Assembly (NCBI GenBank): GCA_951406725.2
Contig: OX597830.1
Coordinates: 49,724,001-49,788,000 of the forward strand
Length of the DNA: 64,000 nucleotides
Direction of reading: 5' to 3'
Source: Octopus vulgaris
Taxonomy: Eukaryota
Both the position numbers and the translations under genes were made by a program. Positions within the stretch are counted from its first letter, which is position 1, and each line of letters starts with the position of its first letter. Shown in pieces: positions 53,993-64,000 of this stretch. The notes under the pieces are model-generated. The model ran no database searches. It saw only the letters and a list, made by a program, of their open reading frames with translations, and was not told where the DNA came from.

Positions 53993-54777
53993 ATAAATAA
54001 ATAAACAGATACATACATATGTATGTGTCTGAAAACGTAATAAACGTTTGTCTTTTTCTCTGTGAAAGACTACAGAGGGAAAGACAAACGGACTGACAGA
54101 TAGAGTCAGAGACAGATAGATAGACACTTATATACAAATAACTGCCCAAGGAACATAGTAAAAGCTACCTCCAATTAAATAGTGTCTTAATACTGAGTGC
54201 GAACATGTTTTATTAAAACGTTGAATCCAAAACAGGCAACTTGTTTTCAGTAGAAGCATGTTTTTGTATGGTGCGTTGCATCTGCGTACGAGTAAGTGTG
54301 CTTATTATGTGTATGTGAGTGTGTGTGTGTGTGCGTGTGTGTATGTTTATGTATGTGTGTGTGAGTGTGAGTTTGTATGTCTGTGTGTGTGTGTGCGTCC
54401 GTGTGTGCGTCCGTGTGTGAGTGTGAGTGTGAGTGTGTGTCTGTGTGTCTGCGTCTGAGTGTGTGTATCTCTCTTTCTGTGCATATCTGTGTGTGTGTGT
54501 GTGTGTGTGTCTTTGTGTTTATGTTTGTCCCCCCTCCCCATCATCACTTAACAACCGGTGTTGGTGTGTTTACGTTCCCATAACTTAGCGGTTCAGTAAA
54601 GTGACCGATAGAATAAGTACTAGGCTTAAAAGTAAGTCCTGGGGTCGACTATCGTTCGGCAAAAAACTCTTCAGGGTGTTGCTCCAGCATGGCCGCAATC
54701 AAATGACCAGAAACATGCGGTCGGGAAGCAAGTTCTTAACACACTGCCACGCCGGCGCCTGTTGTTCAAAATATATT

Positions 54778-55118
54778 CTTTTCTACTCCAGGTAGAAGGT
54801 CCGAAATTTGGAGGGGAGAGGTCCAGTCGATTAGCTCGATCCCAGTACGCAAATGGTACTTAATTTATCGACCCCGAAAGGATGAAAGGTTAAGTCGACC
54901 TCGACGGAATTTGACCTCAGAATGTAAAGACGTACGAAATACCACTAAGCGCAGGAGTGGCTGTGTGGTAAGTAGCTTGCTAACCAACCACATGGTTCCG
55001 GGTTCAGTCCCACTGCGTCGCATCTTGGGCAAGTGTCTTCTGCTATAGCCCCGGGCCGACCAATGCCTTGTGAATGGATTTGGTAGACGGAAACTGAAAG
55101 AGGCCTGTCGTATATATG

Positions 55119-55153
<35 letters not shown>

Positions 55154-55413
55154 TTGTGTGTCTGTGTTTGTCCCGCTGGCATTGCTTGACAACCGATGCT
55201 AGTGTGTTTACGTCCCCGTCACTTATCGGTTCGGCAAAAAGAGACCGATAGAATAAGTACTGGGCTTACAAGGAATAAGTCCCGGGGTCGAGTTGCTCGA
55301 CTAAAGGCGGTGCTCCAGCATGGCCGCAGTCAAATGACTGAAAATTGTAAAAGTATAAAGAGTAAGAGTAAGCATTTTGCCCGCCGTGGTAACGCTTCTG
55401 CCAGCTCGCCGCC
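54778..55413 (-). mobile_element. SINE family B with 16-bp TSD, split by a nested family A SINE
   Basis: TSD ttgttcaaaatatatt at 54762-54777 and 55414-55429; the two halves rejoin to the family consensus. Confidence 0.88.
54948..55371 (+). mobile_element. SINE family A nested in a family B SINE
   Basis: Full-length copy; short taag duplication at the junctions. Confidence 0.9.
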
Positions 55414-56030
55414 TTGTTCAAAATATATTAAGACAGAAATGTCTCTATCGTCTCACTCTTCCTCTCACCGACACTCACAAAACACTCATCCTGGTGTCGT
55501 TCTCACCTAATTCTTCTCTCTATTTCAATGACTACATTGTGCAATATGCCCTTCATTTTTTTTGTTTAGGTGGCACTGTGTGATTTATGGATGATTTGAC
55601 TATTATTTCTGTGAATTTAAGCGTTCACCTCCAGGCTCCCTATCAGTGTAACCAAAGAAACTACTGACTCCGTCGTGATCATATTTAACCAAATATTCGA
55701 AGGGAAGCTCCCTCTCTCTTCCACTCTTTCTTCCTTTCTCTCCCTTCTTCTCTCTCACTCTTTCTCTCGCTCTCTCTTACTCTCTCTCTCCCTCTCTTAT
55801 CTATATATTCCTCTGGCTAGTTGGCTGTTTGTCCATATATTTGTCAATCTGGATCTTTACTGTTTGGTTGCCAGCAGCTGCCAGCGTCAATTTTCTGTTC
55901 GAATTGAATTCATATTCAGTGTAATGATACACTTTAATAGGCTAATTAATGACGTGAAAGTTGTTTTCGCTACAAATCAATAAATAAAACGTTATTAGTA
56001 ACTAAAGTTTGAAAATTTTGGTAATTTCAG

Positions 56031-56115
56031 CCAATCGTATGTACAGACACATTCATGCCTGTCTCGATGGTAACAAGCGGAGCATGAAAACTCTTTTGCC
56101 TGTTGCCATAGTAAC
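56031..56115. promoter_or_regulatory. Candidate RFX X-box cluster with CCAAT
   Basis: GTTGCCATAGTAAC 56102-56115, GTCTCGATGGTAAC 56061-56074, CCAAT 56031-56035 in non-repetitive-looking DNA. Confidence 0.35.
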
Positions 56116-56681
56116 AGTCTTTGAAAATTCTGCGGGGAAGCACGTATTGACAGCAGCCTTGTTTACTCGTTTCCTTTTGTCATTGAGTATTGAGGTGGTT
56201 GTGATGTGTGCTAAAAATAGCTAAATAAGATTTTTTCGATAAATCTTTTAGATTAAAGCTTGCTTTCTTTTTTCCAACATCTCACTCGGACATTTAAAAT
56301 TAACTGCTTTTCTCTTTTAAATAAACATAAACCTTTATTTACATGACAGAAAATTACCGGAGACATAACACATGTTTACAAATATCGTTGACACGTGCTA
56401 TTTTCAGGATATTGACGACAAAATGTGCAGTCCCGCACAAAATGACAGTTTCCAAATCCTGTTTCCTGACTGTGTGAAAAGGATTAAACTTTAAACCTCT
56501 ATAACTTTTTAAAAACATTTTTCTAGAAAAAGAAATGAAACAACTCCAGCAATTCAGTTTAAGGAAGTGTATTACTGTGCCAAATTTTAAAATTTCCTGT
56601 AAATCTTAAATCTTTGGAGTCGCTGACAACAGAAAAGTTCTGTTTTTTCTATGTATGTATGTATGTATGTATGTATGTATG

Positions 56682-56712
<31 letters not shown>

Positions 56713-56942
56713 GTATGTATGTATCTATCTATCTGTCTGTCTCTCTAACTCTCTCTCTCTCCTTTCGCTCTTTCGCTTTCTCTCTCTCCCCATATATATA
56801 TGCATATATATGTATAAAATTAATCAGCCGAAATTGCGAGGATGATCTGGAAGATTGAAGGCTTCGAATGTCCCGTCCGTGTTTTTTGTATCGTCTTCTA
56901 AATGTTTTGCGTTCTTGTCCCAGTTTGTATTTTTTTACGTAT

Positions 56943-56992
<50 letters not shown>

Positions 56993-57269
56993 TATTTTGT
57001 TATTATATATATATAATAACAAAATAATAAATGAAACATATGCATACATACATACATTTATGAACATACCTACATACATATATGTATATATACATGCATA
57101 TATGGGTACAGGACACCCAAAAAATCGCAGAACACAATGAGAAACGAAAACATAAAAACAAAAACATGGAAACGGACTTTTTTCAAACAACGAAAAAACA
57201 GAGCACAAGACATACAACACAAGATATATATATATATATATATATGTATCTGTCTTTTTTTCATTTTTT

Positions 57270-57441
57270 ATTTTATTTTTATTTGTTCTTCTTTTTCCCT
57301 TTTACGATCCCTTTTGATCGAAAACCTACGCCACCTTTTTTTTTGGTTCTTTTGTTTTTTGTTTTTTTCATACCCCAAAAGAAAAGCTCTACCTTGTAAC
57401 TTGTCCCATCTGTGTGCAGCCCTGTGTGGCCAATAAAGAAA
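57270..57441 (+). mobile_element. 3' UTR fragment of the (GATA)n-associated LINE-like family
   Basis: Ends gccctgtgtggccaataaagaaa followed by a TATC/TGTC-like repeat. Confidence 0.6.
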
Positions 57442-57476
57442 CTTATCTGCCTGTCTATTTGTCAGTTGTCTGTCTG

Positions 57477-57541
<65 letters not shown>

Positions 57542-57913
57542 CTCTAGCCAACCAGCCATTCAGCTAACAAGCGAATTTACCAAGCAACCAGGCAGTTTAA
57601 GAGCCAAGCAACCAGCCCACCAGCTAGCCAGCCTGCCAGCATACAACCAGCCAGCCAGCCAGGACTATACCGGTAGAATGTTCGCTACTCAAATAGATGA
57701 TTCCGGGTTTCATGTGGCTGTCTACAACAGATTATTTTTTACAGCTATACCGGATCTACAAATGTTTTGTCAACGCAAACTGCGAAAAATTACCAGATAT
57801 CATAAGTAATAACATACATAAATACTTGTGTGTCTGTGTGTGTTTGCGTGTGTGTGTGTGCGTGTGTGTGTGTGTGTGTGTATGTGTGTGTGTCTATGTG
57901 TCTGTGTGTATGC

Positions 57914-57951
<38 letters not shown>

Positions 57952-57953
<2 letters not shown>

Positions 57954-58123
57954 TTATTTTATAGAAGGAGTTTACAGGACTAGAACTGTTTCATTCCTGA
58001 TGATTTCATTTGAATGAAACAGTTCTAGTCCTGTAGAAGCTCCTTCTATAAAATAAATTAATTTACTCTGCTATGTATTGAGTACCTTATTTACTGTGGT
58101 TAACCCCGACTCAACCCGGGACC

Positions 58124-58125
<2 letters not shown>
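57952..58125. mobile_element. Miniature fold-back insert in (TA)n with ~45-bp arms and a hammerhead-like core at the centre
   Basis: 57952-57996 is the near reverse complement of 58012-58058; CTGATGA at 57997 and GAAACAGTT at 58016. Confidence 0.65.
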
Positions 58126-58180
<55 letters not shown>

Positions 58181-60399
58181 GTACGTATATACATATATAC
58201 ATATACACACATATACGAAACACATAACACGTACGTATATGTGTGTCTGTATATACATACATACGCACACATACACACATGTCAGTTGTTATGGCAACTT
58301 GACAAAGAAGTTCCGTTGCCTGCTCTTGCTTTAAACGAAAAATCGTAAAAGTTACAAAATTGTTGGTTCGCAGTCATCAGATCTCTTGATAAACCCACCT
58401 GATCATTAAGCTACTTACCTAATTGCGTTAGATTTTAATATCAATTAGAATTCCCTCTTTACTCTAACTTCAAAGAAATATAATTATCAGTGTTTTCTAA
58501 TATAATTTTCTGTTGTTCTTGCTTAAAACAGAAATATACGTCTACAGCAGTTTGACGAGATTATATGGAAATGATATAAAAGTACAATATACTATACATG
58601 AAACAAGATCAAACGCTTTTAATCCGATTCTCTCATTTTCTGCGTGTGTTTCTTAAATTCTCTTTAATAAATTTCTCTTCCCCCCACCTCCCCCTCCACC
58701 TATTTTAGTTATCTTCTTCTTTCTGGCCTGCTCTTTCTGATCGATAGTTCCAAAGGCATTAACCGATAATCCACACGCGGATAATGTTCGGAAAGCTATT
58801 TATACAAGAATTGTTTATGCTCTTGGACTTTATATATAAAGAAAAATTACTCGTCTAATTACAAGTTGTTAGTCGTTGCTATGCCGAAGGAATTTCTCTT
58901 TCAAACGATGGATGGAAGGACATCCTAGCCGCTGTAGTGGCTGAAAGGATAATTAGAGTTTCGTTGTGATGTCCGTTTGACTAAAGAGTTTACGTAACCC
59001 TTTAAATACCTTTATAATCTCTCTAGAGACCAATGTCATTTTAAAGGGAGACAATATCGCATGGAGTCATAGTTTTAGTGAATTAATGCCCGGAAGGAGT
59101 TCAGCACCCCTTAACCCTCTGCAAAATTCTTTGACTGGTGACAGAAAAGGAGGGAGTTTGGTTCGAATATTTACTCTCGATGGCCGGGTATTAGTGATAA
59201 ACTGGATAACGGATTAAGTCTATCACCCATTATCTGTTGAGAAACCATAACACGCTACTATATTACTTAGTCGTCCAATGAAACCAAGTACGGGAAACAA
59301 ATCTGAATATGTTCTTGCCTTATTGAGCTTTCATCAGTAAAGTATAACCTTCATCATACTTGTTGGTGTGGGATGATACATTTGTTTATACATTTGTGGA
59401 GGTGTAAATACATATAAAGTTTATAATCGCAGTAATTAATATCAGAAATTGGGATGTAACAAGAGAAATACACAAGACAACCGTAAATTGCTTGATACAC
59501 GACACAGTGATCTAAAAGAAGTTAATTTCGTTAAATTTTTTATGGAATGAAACTATTTAGAAATATGATCACAATATCCAATTCTTAGGCAAATGCATAG
59601 ACTCTGATTTATTATAGAATTAATCATTATAGCATTTGAGCCTTTATTCATCTGTCAACGAGTTTTGTGACGTTAATTCGAAAACAAGATTCAAAAATAC
59701 TTCCAGACTGCTTCGATGCTGCATGTGATAAAGAGCGACTGCGTAAAGTGTAGCACAACTTCCGCAGATTGCAAACAGCAAAGGTTTCCACGGGAATTTC
59801 TGTGTTGAGTATAAGCTTTACCCTTTAATAACGTGTCAGAAAGTTGTTAATTTCTACCTCGTAAGATAAATTAGTTTCCTACCTAACAGCATTACATGGG
59901 CTTTAAAATAAAGATGTGATAACATTTCATGTAAATACTGATTAAAAGTCTTGCAAGTAAGTTTACATGTAGTTTAGCCCAAAATCAAACGTGATTAAAT
60001 GAGCCCATGGGTCAAAGATGTTTTCCTTTTTTTTTTGTCAATTAGGGACTACATTTCCAATGTTTCATTCCGTTCATTTTAAACGGTGAAGAAGATTGTA
60101 GAAAAATCTATTAAAAGGTGATACAAATATGACACTTATAGTTTAAAAAATATGCACCAACATTGTCTCATTCTGATGAAATAGCTGGGCAGTTGCATGA
60201 TGGTCTAGCGCAATTATTGAGGAAAGTACTAATTTCTGACAAACTGGTCGTATTAAATTTCAACGCAAAGTTTGGAAATGACTGACATGGGATTGGAAAA
60301 TGTAATTAAAATTGAATATCTCTTTTGATGTTTTGTACTGAAAATAATCTGGTTGTTACCAACGCTTTGTTTAAGCAGAAATGTAAATATAAAACCATC

Positions 60400-61970
60400 T
60401 GGATGCACCCAAGATCTAAGAGCTAGCCTCTCATAGGCTATATTTTGATCAGAAAGCGTGGTATGAAAGATTTTTGTAGTGTTCGAATCATGAGAAGAGC
60501 AGAAAGCTCGTCTTTGTGCGTGGAAAAATGAATATTTCGAAGATGTTTAAAAGTCTGCTCCCCAGGAACCCAAAAAGCTAAATTTTGCAAATTTCAAAGT
60601 ACCAAGCAATTTGCAGAGCTTCCATCGTGCTATCATTCTTGATTCAAATAATCTATGGGAAAATTTCAAGACAAAATTATTTCAGGTTGCAAGTTTTTCA
60701 GCCTGACTAGTAACTGGTTTTCAGACAAAGCCCCAGAAATCCGTGATCTGTATTTAGAGAAGCAAAATTTATGCAACATAATTCTTTCTAAATCTTGACG
60801 ACTGCGATCGAGTCAGTCACCCTGAAACAGGCCTGCGATCTCTTGTACCTGGATTTGACTCAGTTTGTGATGATTTGGGCCTGACTATCAGCTTGAAAAA
60901 CAGTTGTTATGTATCAACCTGTATGTGGTGCTTTTTCAACCTCTTCCCTAAAATTTTCGTTAAGGGTAAGCCACCTGACTCTTTCATCTACCTCGGAAGC
61001 TCTGTACAAAATTATGGAAATTTGGACATCTGCGAATTCAAAGGGCAGCCACAGTATTTTGTGGTTTGGAGCCACGCATTTGGCGCCAGCAACATATAAA
61101 TAACAACACAAAATCGTTGTATTCCTCTGAAACATGGACCAGCTACGAAAAACATCTCAAATTGTTAGAATGGTTTTGCTAAAAATGCCTTCGCCCCTTT
61201 TTAAACATTAAATGGGACATTTTTGCTCCAGACACAGATGTCTTTGCATCTGTTGGCATCACATCACTTAAATCAATGATTTTGAATAATCAAATGAGAT
61301 GATCTGGAGACGTTGTTCGAATGCCGGATGAACGCACACACCAACTGTTGCTTTATGGAGAGCTTGCAGAAGGGAAAGACGATCAGTGTAAACCTAAAAA
61401 GAGGTTTAAGGGCTGTTTAAGGACTAACATAAAGTCACTTGGAACGGATCCAAAGGCGATAGAAACACTTGTTACAGATCGAGTTGGATGCTGAACAAAA
61501 GTGTGGCGTGGATTGAAAGCTTTTGAAGAAACGAGGATCATCCAGCAAAACTGAAAATGAATTTAAAGAAAAATGCTACGATCAATGTGAAAATAAATTC
61601 CAGCCATCTTTTTGTGTGCGCAATGTGGGACAGACCATGCCTTTCTTTTGCTGGGCTCAAATCTTATCTGCTGACCCAATGAAAATCGAACCTCCACCAA
61701 CTGTTCTGCCTATCTATTTATGCATACCTGTCAATGCTATGTGTATCATAAGATTTGCAAATCTTACGGAGGCCACAAAAGACATTTTAAGACCAACATT
61801 GACCAGAACTTAACTGTAGTTATTGGTAGTCCAAAGCAGATATGCAATTTATGTGGGTGTCTTTTCAAAACATTGTGATGTTTAAAAAGCCACATCAGAC
61901 GCCATCATAGATCTAAGATGTACGTACAAGAGGTGGTCAAACTTTGCTTAAGGAGTAGACAACCACCATT
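60400..61970 (+). mobile_element. Decayed RTE-clade LINE (RT C-terminal region and zinc-finger remnants)
   Basis: FIYLGS, ETWT, RMPDERTHQLLLYGELAEGKR, KPKKRFK, TDRVG, CAQCG. Confidence 0.85.
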
Positions 61971-61984
61971 ATGCATTCGCCATG

Positions 61985-62152
61985 CTGGACCACAGAAATA
62001 TACAAGCTTTTTCATTCTCTCTCTGTTTATTTTCTCTTATTCCTTTCTGTTGAAGAGCGTGGGCTCGAAACGTAAACGACTTTTCCATTTTTCCCGAGCG
62101 TCAAACTAATACACTTGCTTGTTGTTCATACACCTGTCTTCGTCTTTTTTTC

Positions 62153-62160
<8 letters not shown>
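61985..62160 (+). mobile_element. Penelope-like terminal fragment with variant hammerhead (62043-62078), ending in (TA)n
   Basis: ctttCTGTTGAagagcgtgggctcGAAACGTaaacg. Confidence 0.65.
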
Positions 62161-62197
<37 letters not shown>

Positions 62198-63039
62198 GAC
62201 GAGCTCCATTCAGCTTTTGTCAACCAAAATACATTCAAAAGGCTTCGGTCGCCCTAGGTCTATAGTATAAGGCACTTGCTAGCCCGAGGTACCTTGCAAT
62301 AGGACTGGTATTATTAAGAGTCTCTATTATAAGTGTATATATATATGATGTAGATAGCAGAATCAGCAAATAGAAAAAATTTAAGCAGGAATAGCGAGAA
62401 TACCGTGTGATGGTGGCGAATCATTTGAGGATATTGAATCCTGCGTAGTATATTGATTTTCATATTAAATATTCATGACGGGTAGTGGATAGCTAGCGAT
62501 ATCAAATGCCATGCTGTGGATATGTAGCTATATCAAATGTCATGGTGAGCGAAGTTAATTCTATTATATCAATACATCTTAGTACATTTATCGGCTGCTG
62601 TGATTTATTGTAGACACATTCATGTGAACACCTGACAACGACACAGAGAGAACAGGCAAATGTCAACAGCTTAGCGGGCAGAAATTGATGATTGAAATAT
62701 ATAGTGTTTACACAGTGTTTTGCCGATAAGTGCTTCGTCGGTACATGTTCTTACATATGCGCAAGCGCACAGACGCAATAGTCCAGACAGACATACACAC
62801 ACCACGCGTACACGCGCGCATACGCATAAAAACGCAAACAGAAAAAACATACGCATAGAAGCCTCGTCAAAGACAAATACACAGAGGAGATGTTTTATAT
62901 ATTATATTTAAATATAGAAAACAGCGAAATTACAACAATAGTTATGGTCGTATGTCTACATAGAGACAGAGATGCAGACAGTCATGTGGACAGACACACA
63001 AACAGACACACGGGCAAATAGATAGATACATAGATAGAC

Positions 63040-63092
<53 letters not shown>

Positions 63093-63094
63093 TG

Positions 63095-63258
63095 TTTCTT
63101 TATTAGTCACACAGGGCTGCGCACACACGGGACAGATTACAAAGTAGAGCTTTTCTTTTGGGGGAGAAAAAAAAGCGGGGTAGGTTTTCGATCAAAAGGG
63201 ATCGTAAAAGGGAAAGAAAAAAAGAAAAAGAAACGATCAATAGGGATCGTGTATCACA
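63095..63258 (-). mobile_element. 3' UTR fragment of the LINE-like family, inside a (GATA)n tract
   Basis: Reverse complement of 57270-57441; GATA repeats on both sides. Confidence 0.65.
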
Positions 63259-63274
63259 GAGATAGATAGACAGT

Positions 63275-63328
<54 letters not shown>

Positions 63329-63373
63329 TACATAGATAGACAGACAGACAGACAGATAGACAGACAGACAGAC

Positions 63374-63509
<136 letters not shown>

Positions 63510-63676
63510 TTCAGTCAGGTGAGCATAGTAATCAAATTGAAAAAGAACTGGATCATACAAAGAGAGTCAGTATATTTTATGTTTATTGCTTTCTACGACA
63601 TGGTCCAAATGTTATAACTTTTACTGATGAAGCTGAAGTCGAAACATCTGGCCATATTGTATTCTGTAAAAGGACA

Positions 63677-63790
63677 TGTACGTATGTATGTATGTATGTA
63701 TGTATGTATGTATGTATGTATGTATGTATGTATGTATGTATGTATGTATGTGTGTGTGTATGTATGTATGTATGTATGCATGTATGTATG

Positions 63791-63824
<34 letters not shown>

Positions 63825-63944
63825 TGCATGTATGAATGTATGTATGTATGTATGTATGAATGTATGTATGTATGTGTGTGTATGCATGTATGTATGCATG
63901 TATGTATGTATGTATATATGTATGTATGTATGTATGCATGTATG

Positions 63945-63978
<34 letters not shown>

Positions 63979-64000
63979 TGTATGTATGTATGTATGCATG
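63677..64000. repeat. (TATG)n array running off the window end
   Basis: Direct reading. Confidence 0.95.

Noticed and set aside
56220-56650. Possible DNA transposon subterminal region
   Set aside because: No matching TIR pair or TSD identified.
63620-63655. CTGATGAagctgaagtcGAAAC as a hammerhead
   Set aside because: Weak stem II, no valid NUH triplet and no stem I.

Overview
AT-rich, microsatellite-dense animal DNA, intronic or intergenic. The SINE families match my recollection of Octopus repeats (species not verifiable here). No intact protein-coding gene is visible, and most ORFs in the track are translations of simple repeats. The window is a mosaic of three SINE families, decayed LINEs (L1/Tx1-like, R4/Dong-like, RTE-like), a dead IR/DR-type Tc1 transposon, two TA-flanked MITEs and a non-autonomous Helitron. 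The most interesting signal is about a dozen type I hammerhead ribozyme (HHR) motifs, most in elements abutting (TA)n. (i) Two homologous ~352-354 bp highly base-paired units (28429-28902, 41509-41956) each carry a minus-strand HHR and are integrated as ~1.3-mers starting at different points, as expected for copies of a circular RNA (retrozyme-like). (ii) A possible ~233 bp permuted HHR monomer lies at 14241-14472. (iii) Five copies of a Penelope-like terminus share a non-canonical CUGUYGA core. (iv) A ~2.2 kb fold-back element has ~760 bp arms, an HHR in each arm and a flanking duplication. One candidate minus-strand exon and an RFX X-box cluster are weaker observations. All structures were paired by eye; no folding program or database search was run.
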